64,000 nucleotides of DNA, from the NCBI GenBank assembly GCA_963819655.1, contig CAWFXA010000001.1, positions 128,001 to 192,000 of the forward strand, written 5' to 3'. The notes under the pieces were generated by a model. That model did not search any database, had not been told where the DNA came from, and worked only from the letters and a program-made list of their open reading frames with translations. The translations under genes were made by a program, and so were the position numbers. Positions within the stretch are counted from its first letter, which is position 1. The number at the start of each line of letters is the position of its first letter. The DNA comes from an uncultured Chloroflexia bacterium (GTDB lineage Bacteria; Chloroflexota; Limnocylindria; Limnocylindrales; CSP1-4). Below, in pieces: positions 9,748 to 19,272 of this stretch.

Positions 9748-11061
9748 TCAACCCGGCCGTGCCGCCTCCGCGAGGATGGCCCGCTTGAGCCGGCTCCACT
9801 GTGTCAAGGGGAAGCTCACCGTGAGGTGCCCCCGGTTCCGATGCACCAGCCGGCCCCAGACCACCGCGGGACATGGGCTGGTCGGGCACACCCATCGTTC
9901 GGTGTTGATGAAACCCGCCTTCGTGGCCTTGGCGACGCCGAACTCGACGTTCAGCCACGGGTAGCTGATCGCCTTGGTCACGGTCGTCGCGCATCGCAGG
10001 GCGTGACGCGGATTGCTGGCGAGGCATGCCGCCGGGTTGGCGAAACGCGAGTTGGGCGTGTCCGCCAGGAGGATCGCGCGACCGACCGCCGGCTCCAACC
10101 GATTGAGGGTCCATTTCATGCCCCGGATCCAGTCGTCCGTCCGGGCCCTGCCTGTCAGGACCTGACCCGTGGAGGTCGCCGAGACGAAGCCGCGCGAGCC
10201 CGACAGCAGGACGATCGCGGGCCGCATCTGCTCCATGCGCAGGATCGCTCTGCTCCTCCAGGTCAGGCAGGAGCGCAGGATCGAGCGGGTGGCCCTGCTG
10301 TACGAGAAGACCCGAGCCGGCGGACACATCGACCGGGTGACGTTGATGAGTCGCCATCCGCGATCCTGCGCCACGCGCAGGACGGCTGGGAACCACGTGA
10401 GGGCGTGGCTGTCGCCGAACAGCACGATCGTCGTCCTGGAGCGGACGTTGCCGTAGAAGCACTTTGACGACATCGGCGCAGCGCCATGGCAGCCATCGCG
10501 ATACGGAAGCGGCATCTCCGTCGACACACGGCGCAGGCTCGACAGCAGGGACGCAGGCACCGGCCCGTCCACGGTGGGCGCCCGCCGCGGCGGCACGATC
10601 GCCGGCGCCGGGGTGGCCGTTGGCGTGGGGGTGGCGGTCGGGGGCGGCGTCGGCGTGAGGGTCGGGGTGGGCATTGGTGTCGGGGTGGGCGTCGGCACCG
10701 GCGCGGCGAGGCCAGGTGTGGGTGTCGCCGGGCTCGGCGTCGGTGCAGCCGGGCTTGGGGTGGGCGAGGCCGGGCTTGGGGTGGGCGAGGCCGGATCCGG
10801 TGTCGGCGCCGCCGACTCCGAGGGTGCCACGATCGCCGGCACCGGTGACAGGGACGGGTCGGGAGAGTCGGTGGGCGGAGCGACGACGTCGCCTCCTGCG
10901 CCTCGCACCCCCACGATGGACGTCGCGAGCGCGCCGACGATGAGGATCGTGATGGCAACGCTCAGAGTCTCGCCGAGTCGGGCATCGCGCGGGCGAACTC
11001 GTACCCGGGCCGCCCCCAGCCGCTGATCGGGCTGTCGCCAGCCTCCGTCCATCATCGCCAC
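9748..11061 (-). CDS. Membrane-anchored SGNH hydrolase-domain protein with Pro/Thr linker
   Basis: TM segment, long (PT)n linker containing a 21-bp tandem repeat near 10748-10794, LFGDSHA motif, paired cysteines typical of AT3-associated SGNH domains. Confidence 0.8.
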   Translation of the reverse strand: MAMMDGGWRQPDQRLGAARVRVRPRDARLGETLSVAITILIVGALATSIVGVRGAGGDVVAPPTDSPDPSLSPVPAIVAPSESAAPTPDPASPTPSPASPTPSPAAPTPSPATPTPGLAAPVPTPTPTPMPTPTLTPTPPPTATPTPTATPAPAIVPPRRAPTVDGPVPASLLSSLRRVSTEMPLPYRDGCHGAAPMSSKCFYGNVRSRTTIVLFGDSHALTWFPAVLRVAQDRGWRLINVTRSMCPPARVFSYSRATRSILRSCLTWRSRAILRMEQMRPAIVLLSGSRGFVSATSTGQVLTGRARTDDWIRGMKWTLNRLEPAVGRAILLADTPNSRFANPAACLASNPRHALRCATTVTKAISYPWLNVEFGVAKATKAGFINTERWVCPTSPCPAVVWGRLVHRNRGHLTVSFPLTQWSRLKRAILAEAARPG

Positions 11062-11260
11062 CCGACATCGAAGCCGATAGGGATCGAAGCACTCATCGCA
11101 TCAGTGACGCTTCGTCCTGGGCCCCATTGCACCACCCTCGCCCGGCTCCGGCAACGGCTGCCAGACATGACAGACTGCGCACGTATGCGAGCACGACTGT
11201 CGTGAAGGAGCCTCCGGTGCAGGTTCTCGGCCGAATTGTGCCCACCTCGCGTTGCCCGTC

Positions 11261-12208
11261 ATGAGGGTGGTCCTGCTCGCCGGAGGCGTCGGCGGCGCGA
11301 AGATGGCCGACGGCTTGGCCGCGACCGTCGGGCCCGATCTGACCGTCATCGTCAACACGGGCGACGACCTCGAGCTGCATGGCCTGGCGATCTGGCCGGA
11401 CCACGACACCGTCGCGTACACGCTCGCAGGCCTCGACGATGAGGTCCGGGGCTGGGGCCTCCGCGGCGAGAGCTGGACTGTCATGGATCGGCTCGAGGCG
11501 CTCGGCGAGGGGGAATGGTTCCGGCTCGGCGACCGCGATCTTGCCACGCACATCTGGCGCACAGATCGCCTGCGGGCCGGCGATCGACCGACCGAGATCG
11601 CGCTCGACCTCGCGACTGCCATGGGCATCGCGTCACGCATCCTGCCGATGGCCGACGAGCCGGTCCGGACCGAAGTCCGCACGGACGACGGCTGGCTGGA
11701 GTTCCAGGAGTATTTCGTGCATCGCCACCAGGAGCCGACCGTCCACGAGGTCCGCTTCCGAGGCATCGAGAACGCCCGGCCGACGCCAGAGGTGCTGGCC
11801 GCCATCGAAGCGGCCGAGGTCATCGTCATCGGGCCATCGAACCCGGTCGTGTCGATCGACCCGATCCTCAGCCTCTCCGGGATGCGCGACGCGCTCTCCG
11901 GCGCACTCGCGCGTGGCGTGCCGATCGTCGCGGTCAGCGGCATCATCGGGGGCAAGGCACTCAAGGGGCCGGCGGATCGGATGCTCGCGTCGCTCGGTGA
12001 GGTGTCGAGCGCGGTCGGCGTGGCGGCTCGCTACGAGCCGCTTATCAGCCATTTCGTGATGGACCGGGTCGACGCCGCATCGTTGCCCTCGCTGGAGGCC
12101 CTCGGCATCAACACTCTCGTGACAGACACGATCATGACCGACGACACGGCACGGGCCAGGCTCGCCGGCGAGGTCCTCCAGTTCGCGGGCACTGTGTCGA
12201 TCTCGTGA
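11261..12208 (+). CDS. cofD: 2-phospho-L-lactate/PEP transferase
   Basis: LAGGVGGAK, IVNTGDD, PDHDTVAYTLAG, WFRLGDRDLATH, FQEYFV, IGPSNPVVSI, KGPADRM. Confidence 0.95.
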   Translation: MRVVLLAGGVGGAKMADGLAATVGPDLTVIVNTGDDLELHGLAIWPDHDTVAYTLAGLDDEVRGWGLRGESWTVMDRLEALGEGEWFRLGDRDLATHIWRTDRLRAGDRPTEIALDLATAMGIASRILPMADEPVRTEVRTDDGWLEFQEYFVHRHQEPTVHEVRFRGIENARPTPEVLAAIEAAEVIVIGPSNPVVSIDPILSLSGMRDALSGALARGVPIVAVSGIIGGKALKGPADRMLASLGEVSSAVGVAARYEPLISHFVMDRVDAASLPSLEALGINTLVTDTIMTDDTARARLAGEVLQFAGTVSIS

Positions 12209-12819
12209 TCGTCGCGATCATCCCGATCGGTTCGATCGATGGTGCGAAGTCGCGCCTCGGCGCGGTCCTTGATGCAGAAGAGCGGCGGGACCTCGCGCTT
12301 CGACTCGCACGCGGCACGATCCGCGCCGCCGTGGCCACACCCGGCATCGACGAGACGATCGTCGTGACCCCCGACGACGACGTCCGCGAGCTCGCCCTCC
12401 AGGAGGGTGCGCGTCCGCTCCGGCAACGGAGCCGCGGCCTGAACGACGGTCTGCGCGAAGCCCGTGACGAGGCGATCGCCGCGGGCGCCGGCACGATCCT
12501 GATCCTCCCGATCGATCTCCCGCACGTCTCGCCAGAGCTGCTCAGCCCGCTCGTCGCGCAGGCGCTCGATGCGCCCGGTCCGCTCGTCGCGATCGTCCCT
12601 GACCGCCACGACCGCGGCACCAACGCGCTCCTTCTCTCACCCCCTGACGTGATTGACTTCTGCTTCGGCGGCGACAGCAAGGCGGCGCATATCGAGGCCG
12701 GCTCGTCGGTGCCCGGCGCGAACGTTGTCCTCATGTATGGCCCGCTGACGCTCGACATCGATACCCCCGAGGACCTGTTGCTGGCGCAGGTGGAGACGCC
12801 CGAGGCGGTCGGTGGTTAA
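12205..12819 (+). CDS. cofC: 2-phospho-L-lactate/PEP guanylyltransferase
   Basis: AKSRL, GLNDGL, DLP, RGTNAL, LDIDTPEDL. Confidence 0.92.
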   Translation: MIVAIIPIGSIDGAKSRLGAVLDAEERRDLALRLARGTIRAAVATPGIDETIVVTPDDDVRELALQEGARPLRQRSRGLNDGLREARDEAIAAGAGTILILPIDLPHVSPELLSPLVAQALDAPGPLVAIVPDRHDRGTNALLLSPPDVIDFCFGGDSKAAHIEAGSSVPGANVVLMYGPLTLDIDTPEDLLLAQVETPEAVGG

Positions 12820-13579
12820 CCGGGTCGAGGTCGTCGCGATCGACGGTCTCCTCGAGATCGTTCCCGGGGACGACCTCCCGTCGCTGATCGCAGACGCCCT
12901 CGCCGCCGCGACCGACTATCTGCCCCTTCACGACGAAGATGTGCTCGTCGTCACCCAGAAGATCGTGTCGAAGGCGGAGGGCGCGGTCATCGATCTGACG
13001 ACCATCGAGCCCCGCCCGGAGGTCATCGAGTACGCGAGGCAGTTCGACCGCGATCCCCGCCAGGTCGAGCTCGTTCTCCGCGAGGCAAAGCGCGTCGTGC
13101 GGATGGAGAACGGCCTCGTCATCACCGAGACGCATCACGGGTTCGTGTGCGCGAATGGTGGTATCGATGCGTCCAACGTCGGACCCCGCTCGGGCGATGT
13201 CGTCACCCTCCTGCCCCGCGACCCGGATGCCTCCGCCGACGGGATCCGGGCCGCCATCCGCGACCGTCTGGACCACGATCTGCCGGTCATCGTGTCGGAC
13301 AGCTTCGGGCGGCCCTGGCGGTTCGGCATCGTCGATGTCGCGATCGGCGTTTCAGGGCTCTTGCCACTCGACGATCTGCGCGGCACCTCCGACGCCGACG
13401 GACGTGTCATGAAGTCGACGGTCCGCGCCGTGGCCGACGAGATCGCCTCAGCCGCGGAGCTCGTCCTCGGCAAGACCGCCCGCCGCCCGCTCGCGCTCGT
13501 CCGCGGCGCCACCTTCCGCCGCGGCGACGGGCGTATCAAGGACCTGATCATGCCCGCGGAGATGGACCTCTTCCGCTAA
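12812..13579 (+). CDS. cofE: Coenzyme F420-0:L-glutamate ligase (single domain)
   Basis: VVTQKIVSKAEG, CANGGIDASNV, LLPRDPDASA, DSFGRPWR, AVADEIA, DLFR. Confidence 0.95.
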   Translation: MVNRVEVVAIDGLLEIVPGDDLPSLIADALAAATDYLPLHDEDVLVVTQKIVSKAEGAVIDLTTIEPRPEVIEYARQFDRDPRQVELVLREAKRVVRMENGLVITETHHGFVCANGGIDASNVGPRSGDVVTLLPRDPDASADGIRAAIRDRLDHDLPVIVSDSFGRPWRFGIVDVAIGVSGLLPLDDLRGTSDADGRVMKSTVRAVADEIASAAELVLGKTARRPLALVRGATFRRGDGRIKDLIMPAEMDLFR

Positions 13580-13589
13580 CCTCCGGGCG

Positions 13590-14489
13590 ATGAAGGTAGG
13601 CCTCCAGATCAGCTCGTTCACCTGGCCGGGCGGGCCGGAAGCGATCGGGCCGACGCTCGCGCGGATCGTGCGCGACGCCGACGACGTGGGCTTCGACTCG
13701 ATCTGGGTCATGGACCACTTCTTCCAGATCCGCGGCGTCGGCCGCGTCGAGGAGCCGATGCTCGAGGGCATGACGACGCTCGGCTTCATGGCGGCCCACT
13801 CGAAGCGAGCGCGTCTCGGCCTGATGGTCGGCGGCGTGCACTACCGAAATCCCGGTCTGTGGGTCAAGGCGACGACGACGCTCGACGTCCTGTCCGGCGG
13901 CCGGGCTTGGCTGGGCATCGGCGCGGCCTGGAACGAGGAGGAGTCGCGCGCCCTGGGGTTCCCGTTCCCGCCGCTCGGCGTCCGCTTCGAGATGCTCGAG
14001 GAGACGCTCCGGATCGCGCACGAGATGTTCGCTGGCGAGCGCGGCTCGGAGGCATCGTTCCAGGGCCGCCAGTACCGGGCCGAGCGGCTCCTGAACTCGC
14101 CCCAGTCGATCTCGCGTCCGCGGGTGCCGATCATGGTCGGCGGCGGTGGCGAGAAGAAGACGCTCCGGCTGGTCGCCCAGTACGCCGATGCGTGCAACGT
14201 GTTCGGCTCGCCCGAGGGCATCGCCCGCAAGTACGCGATCCTCGATGCGCACTGCGCGGCAGTCGGGCGCGATCCCGCCGAGATCGAGCGCTCGACGCTC
14301 CAGAACGTGCGGCTCGGACCGGCGGGCTCGGCACGAACGGAGTCACCCCAGCAGGTCGTCGACCGCTTCGGCGAGCTGTCCGATGCGGGTGCCGACCACG
14401 TGATCTTCGAGCTCAAGGACATCCACGTCCCCGAGTACCTCGAGACCGTCGGCAAGGACATCATCCCGGCCCTCCACGCCCTCCCGTGA
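13590..14489 (+). CDS. LLM-class F420-dependent oxidoreductase
   Basis: GFDSIWVMDHFFQI, PMLEG, YRNPG, TTLDVLSGGRAWLGIGAAW, GGGEKKTLRLVAQYADACN. Confidence 0.92.
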   Translation: MKVGLQISSFTWPGGPEAIGPTLARIVRDADDVGFDSIWVMDHFFQIRGVGRVEEPMLEGMTTLGFMAAHSKRARLGLMVGGVHYRNPGLWVKATTTLDVLSGGRAWLGIGAAWNEEESRALGFPFPPLGVRFEMLEETLRIAHEMFAGERGSEASFQGRQYRAERLLNSPQSISRPRVPIMVGGGGEKKTLRLVAQYADACNVFGSPEGIARKYAILDAHCAAVGRDPAEIERSTLQNVRLGPAGSARTESPQQVVDRFGELSDAGADHVIFELKDIHVPEYLETVGKDIIPALHALP

Positions 14490-14520
14490 CATCATCTGTC
14501 ATGATGTGTACACTCATGTC
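14487..14520 (+). promoter_or_regulatory. Putative toxin-antitoxin operator and leaderless promoter
   Basis: TGACA-tcatc-TGTCA inverted repeat, GTGTACAC palindrome, and TACACT -10 box 6 nt before ATG 14521. Confidence 0.6.
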
Positions 14521-14908
14521 ATGCCAGACCTGACCGTGAAGGAAGCTGCTGCTGCCGCCGGCGTGAGTGAACGAACGATGCGCCGCTGGATCCGGCGATG
14601 GCCGTCTCGCCGGCTGCTACAAGGTCGGCGGGCGGGTGCGAATCCCCGAGCGCGCGATCCGCGAGGCGGCGGAGCCGTACGGGGAGGGATCCGACCGTCG
14701 GCCGTCGGTCGAGGAACTCTCGATCCTCAATTCACCGGCCCGAGCGCGCGAGTTCCAGCTCCGCCGCGCGAGGTTGGCGTTCGAGGAGATCGACCGGCTC
14801 CTCGAACACGGCCGCCCGCCCTCAGGACCGGACGACACTGCCGAGGCATACATCCGCGAATGGCGCGACGGTCCTCCTCGTTGGGAGCGAGGCATCGATG
14901 ATCGTTGA
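14521..14908 (+). CDS. Excisionase-like HTH (HTH_17) putative antitoxin, frameshift near 14595
   Basis: LTVKEAAAAAGVSERTMRRWI continues in another frame as DGRLAGCYKVGGRVRIPE...AEAYIREWRD; overlaps the PIN gene. Confidence 0.75.
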
Positions 14909-15365
14909 CGCCAGCGTGGCCGCGAAGTGGTTCTTGCCCAGCGAGACGCTCGATTCTGAGGCCAGACTCGTCCGCGACGAGGCCCTGGATGACCGTGTCC
15001 GCCTGACTGCCCCGGCGATCGTGTGGCCCGAGGTTGCGCATGCCATCGTCGGGGCAGTGCGCAAGAAGCGGGTCGATGCAGAGACGGCGCGAGAGATCTC
15101 CGCGCGTTTCCCCCGACTGCGGCGCCTTGTGGACCTGGCAGAGGTCGACCCAGAGGAAGCGGTCCGGCGGGCTCTCACGGTCGGGGTCGGCGCCTACGAC
15201 GCGCAGTACCTGGTCCTGACGGCCAAGCTCGGCCAGACGCTGCTCACGGCCGACCGTCCCTTGCTCGAACGCGGCCGCGCGCACGGGTACGATGTCGTCT
15301 GGCTCGGCGATGTCACGCTCCGGCACGGCGCGCTGGTCGATACCCCCCAGGGGTATCAGGGATGA
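14898..15365 (+). CDS. vapC: PIN-domain (VapC-family) toxin
   Basis: MIVDASVAAKWF, APAIVWPEV, AYDAQYLVL, LLTADRPL. Confidence 0.88.
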   Translation: MIVDASVAAKWFLPSETLDSEARLVRDEALDDRVRLTAPAIVWPEVAHAIVGAVRKKRVDAETAREISARFPRLRRLVDLAEVDPEEAVRRALTVGVGAYDAQYLVLTAKLGQTLLTADRPLLERGRAHGYDVVWLGDVTLRHGALVDTPQGYQG

Positions 15366-15382
15366 AGGTGTAAGATTGCCGC

Positions 15383-16450
15383 ATGACTGACACGCCCAAC
15401 CCGTTCGGCGGGCTGTCGATCGCGATCGACGACTCGCCTGCGGCCAGCGCACCCGTGAGTGCGCCCGGCGGCCCCTCGACCGCCGCCAGCGGTGAGGGTC
15501 GCGTCGATTCCAAGATGGTGATCATCGGCTCGGGGCCGGCCGGCCTGACCGCCGCGATCTACGCGGCGCGCGCGAACCTCGAGCCTGTCGTGCTCGCAGG
15601 GTCGGCGCCGGGTGGCCAGCTCATGCTGACGAGCGACGTCGAGAACTACCCGGGCTTCCCGGACGGGATCCAGGGGCCCGACCTGATGGCGGCCATGCGT
15701 GCCCAGGCCGAGCGTTTCGGTGCGCGCCTGATCGACGTCGACATCGACCGTGTCGACTTCTCCGAGCGTCCGTTCCGGATCTGGGCACGCGGCACCGAGT
15801 ACCGCGGCCAGTCCGTCATCGTGGCCACCGGCGCGTCGGCGTTGTGGCTCGGGCTCGACAGCGAGACCCGGCTGCGCGGCCGCGGCGTGTCGGCCTGTGC
15901 GACGTGCGACGGATTCTTCTTCCGCGACCGTGAGATCGCGGTCGTCGGCGGTGGCGACACGGCCTTCGAGGAAGCGATCTACCTCACCCGCTTCGCCACC
16001 AAGGTCCACATGCTGCACCGGCGCGACACCTTCCGGGCGAGCAAGATCATGGTCGATCGGGCGATCGAGCACCCCAAGATCGAGATCCACCCGAACGTCG
16101 CGGTGGCAGAGGTCCTCGGCGACGAGAAGGTCCACGGCCTGGCGCTGAAGGACACCGTCACGGGCGACGCGACCGAGATGAAGATCGAAGGCCTGTTCAT
16201 CGCGATCGGCTACGAGCCGAACACGGCCGCTTTCCGCGATTGGCTCGATGTCGACGAGAAGGGCTACCTCGTCGTCCACGACGAGACGGGTTCCAAGATC
16301 GACGGCGTCTTCATCGCCGGCGACGTCCATGACCATCGCTACCGGCAGGCGGTCACCGCCGCGGGCGACGGCTGCAAAGCCGCGATCGATGCCGAGCGCT
16401 GGCTCGAGGCACAGGGGATCACCGAAGCCGCGACCGCGACGGCCTGGTAG
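15383..16450 (+). CDS. trxB: Thioredoxin-disulfide reductase
   Basis: IGSGPAGLTAA, GGQLMLTSDVENYPGF, SACATCDG, GGGDTA, FIAGDV, QAVTAAG. Confidence 0.96.
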   Translation: MTDTPNPFGGLSIAIDDSPAASAPVSAPGGPSTAASGEGRVDSKMVIIGSGPAGLTAAIYAARANLEPVVLAGSAPGGQLMLTSDVENYPGFPDGIQGPDLMAAMRAQAERFGARLIDVDIDRVDFSERPFRIWARGTEYRGQSVIVATGASALWLGLDSETRLRGRGVSACATCDGFFFRDREIAVVGGGDTAFEEAIYLTRFATKVHMLHRRDTFRASKIMVDRAIEHPKIEIHPNVAVAEVLGDEKVHGLALKDTVTGDATEMKIEGLFIAIGYEPNTAAFRDWLDVDEKGYLVVHDETGSKIDGVFIAGDVHDHRYRQAVTAAGDGCKAAIDAERWLEAQGITEAATATAW

Positions 16451-16455
16451 ACCGC

Positions 16456-17184
16456 GTGCCGTCCAAGCGCCGCGAGGCGATCATCGAACGCCTCGGTATC
16501 ACGCCGCCCGTCGCGACTCTGGTCCGGCGGGCGCTCGACGACGCGATCCGTCACGCGGAGGCCCGCGTCGATGGCACCGGCCGGCCTGTCACTGTCCTCG
16601 ATGCGGGCTGCGGGCGCGTCTCCCAGTTGGGTGCGTTCCGACCGCGGATCGGGCGGCTGGTCGGGGCGGATATCCACACTCCTGCCGAACCGCTCCCCCA
16701 CCTCGATGAATTCGCAGTCGTCGACCTGTGTGGGTCGAGCGACGCGTTCGAGCCCGGCACCTTCGACCTGATCCTTTCCAGCTTCACGCTCGAGCATTTC
16801 GCCGCGCCGGGCGTGGCCCTCACGAACCTGCGGTCGTGGCTCGCCCCGGGCGGCCAGCTCGTCGCGACGACCGTGAACCGCCGCCACCCGTTCGTCGGCG
16901 CCTATCTTGGGCTGCCGTCGGGCGTGCGCCGTCGACTCCAGCCGCTGGTCAAGTCGACCGCAGCGGATGCTCATCCGCTGGTCGGTGCCTGCAACGATCC
17001 GGAGTCCATTGCGGATGCCCTGGGCGCGGCCGGTTTCCGGGACGTCCGGCTCACCACCGTCGGGCATCTCGCCAGGGCGTGGGGCCGCACCTGGCCGACC
17101 TTCGCGCTCGGGTTGGCCGGCGACCTGATCGCTCAGCGCGCACCGTCGCGGCGCTCGACGATCGTGGCAGTGGCGAGAGCCTGA
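16456..17184 (+). CDS. Class I SAM-dependent methyltransferase
   Basis: VLDAGCG, FDLILSSFTLEH, LAPGG. Confidence 0.85.
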   Translation: MPSKRREAIIERLGITPPVATLVRRALDDAIRHAEARVDGTGRPVTVLDAGCGRVSQLGAFRPRIGRLVGADIHTPAEPLPHLDEFAVVDLCGSSDAFEPGTFDLILSSFTLEHFAAPGVALTNLRSWLAPGGQLVATTVNRRHPFVGAYLGLPSGVRRRLQPLVKSTAADAHPLVGACNDPESIADALGAAGFRDVRLTTVGHLARAWGRTWPTFALGLAGDLIAQRAPSRRSTIVAVARA

Positions 17185-19268
17185 TGGGATTCCCGCGCGG
17201 CGGCGTGCGTCAGGCAACGGGCGGCGTGGGCCGTGGCGGCCGCGGCACGGGCGGCGGTGGCGGCGGTTTCTTCGGTGGCGGCCCGACGCCCGATTTCGTG
17301 CCGGTGCCGAAGGAGCGTCGCGGCCAGACGATCCGCCGCATCCTCGTGTTCTTCCGGCCCTACCGGCCACAGGTCGCGGTGGTGCTCGTCGCGATCCTGC
17401 TGACGAGCTTCATCGGCCTGATCAACCCGTACCTGCTCAAGCTGCTCATCGACGTGGCGATCCCCCAGCGCGACCTCGCGCTGCTGACTCTGTACGTCGG
17501 CCTGATGATCATCCTGCCCATCGTCTCGGGACTGATCGGCGTCGGCCAGTCCTACCTGAACAACATCATCGGCCAGCGGGTCATGCAGGATCTGCGCGGT
17601 GCCTTGTACGCGCACCTCCAGTCGATGCCCCTGCGGTTCTTCACCGAAACCAGGACCGGTGAGATCCAGAGCCGCCTGGCGAACGATGTCGGCGGCGTCC
17701 AGGCAGTCGTCACGGACACCGCGAGCTCGGTCACATCGAACCTGGCGATCGCGATCAGCACGATCATCGCGATGTTCTTCATCGACTGGCGGCTGACGGT
17801 GTTGTCGCTCGGCTTGCTGCCGTTCTTCATGTACCTGACGTTCCGCGTCGGCAAGGTCCGCCGCGAGGTCTCGACCGAGACCCAGATCTCGCTGGCCGAG
17901 ATGTCGGCGCTGACCGAGGAGACGCTCAGCGTCAGCGGGATCCTGCTGTCGAAGACGTTCGGTCAGCAGGCCAATTCCGAGAAGAAGTTCCGCGTCCTCA
18001 ACGCCAAGCTCGCCGCCCTCCAGATCCGTCAGGCGATGGTCGGCCGCTGGTTCTTCATGGTCATCGGCACGATCTTCAGCATCACGCCCGCCTTCGTGTA
18101 CTGGCTGGCCGGCTGGCTGACGATCCAGAACGACCCTACCGCTCCGACGATCGGCGACATCGTGGCGTTCACGACGCTCCAGAGCCGGCTGTTCTTCCCG
18201 ATGGGCCAGCTGCTGAACATCCAGGTCGAGATCCAGGGGGCGCTCGCGCTCTTCGACCGGGTCTTCGAATACCTCGAGATGGACCCCGAGATCGTCGACG
18301 CTCCGGATGCCGTGGATCTCGCACCTGCCGCAGCCCGCGGACAGGTCCGGTTGCGGAACGTGTCTTTCCGCTACCCGACCGAGGCCGTGCCATCGGATCG
18401 CGCGGCCGAGGCGCTCGCACGCAAGGACGGGCTCAACGACGAGGAGGTCGGAGTCGCGCTGGCCGCCGCCTCGGTCGATGAGACGGCGGTCGAAACGTTG
18501 GTCGACGGCATGGGCGCGGGCTCCGGCGAGATGCCGGCGATCGAGATGCTGCCCACATTCGCGCTCGAGGACATCGATCTCGAGGCGCAGCCCGGCGAGC
18601 TCGTCGCGCTCGTCGGCCCGTCCGGCTCGGGCAAGACGACGACCACATACCTGATCCCGCGGCTGTACGACGTCGACGCGGGGGCGGTCGAGATCGACGG
18701 CATCGACGTTCGTCGGATCAAGCTCGCGTCGCTCGGTCGGCTCATCGGCGTCGTGACCCAGGAGACGTACCTGTTCCACGCGTCGATCCGCGACAACCTG
18801 CTCTACGCCAAGCCCGAGGCGACCGACGATGAGCTGCGCGACGCCGCGCGCGCGGCCGCGATGCACGACCGGATCATGGAGCTGCCCGAGGGCTACGACA
18901 CGATCGTCGGGGAGCGTGGCTACAAGCTGTCGGGGGGCGAGAAGCAGCGGGTCGCGATCGCCCGCGTGCTGCTCAAGGACCCGCGGATCCTCATCTTGGA
19001 CGAGGCGACCTCGGCGCTCGACACGGTCTCGGAGCGGTTGATCCAGGCCGCATTCGAGGGGCTGATGGTAGGCCGCACGACGATCGCGATCGCGCACCGC
19101 CTGTCGACGATCTTGCGGGCCGATCGGATCCTGGTCTACGACCGCGGGCGGATCGTCGAGCGCGGCACGCACGCCGAGCTGATCAAGGTCGGCGGGTTGT
19201 ACGCGCGGCTGTACCGGGAGCAGTTCCTGACCGAGGCCGCCACGGCCGAAGTCGGCGTCGCGGGTTGA
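17184..19268 (+). CDS. ABC exporter, fused TMD-NBD
   Basis: TM helices, RTGEIQSRL, Walker A GPSGSGKT, LSGGEKQR, ILILDEATSALD; ATG overlaps the previous TGA. Confidence 0.93.
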   Translation: MGFPRGGVRQATGGVGRGGRGTGGGGGGFFGGGPTPDFVPVPKERRGQTIRRILVFFRPYRPQVAVVLVAILLTSFIGLINPYLLKLLIDVAIPQRDLALLTLYVGLMIILPIVSGLIGVGQSYLNNIIGQRVMQDLRGALYAHLQSMPLRFFTETRTGEIQSRLANDVGGVQAVVTDTASSVTSNLAIAISTIIAMFFIDWRLTVLSLGLLPFFMYLTFRVGKVRREVSTETQISLAEMSALTEETLSVSGILLSKTFGQQANSEKKFRVLNAKLAALQIRQAMVGRWFFMVIGTIFSITPAFVYWLAGWLTIQNDPTAPTIGDIVAFTTLQSRLFFPMGQLLNIQVEIQGALALFDRVFEYLEMDPEIVDAPDAVDLAPAAARGQVRLRNVSFRYPTEAVPSDRAAEALARKDGLNDEEVGVALAAASVDETAVETLVDGMGAGSGEMPAIEMLPTFALEDIDLEAQPGELVALVGPSGSGKTTTTYLIPRLYDVDAGAVEIDGIDVRRIKLASLGRLIGVVTQETYLFHASIRDNLLYAKPEATDDELRDAARAAAMHDRIMELPEGYDTIVGERGYKLSGGEKQRVAIARVLLKDPRILILDEATSALDTVSERLIQAAFEGLMVGRTTIAIAHRLSTILRADRILVYDRGRIVERGTHAELIKVGGLYARLYREQFLTEAATAEVGVAG

Positions 19269-19272
19269 GGCC

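Noticed and set aside
7198-10794. 30-bp and 21-bp tandem repeats as mobile or regulatory repeats
   Set aside because: In-frame duplications within Pro-rich linkers; ordinary slippage
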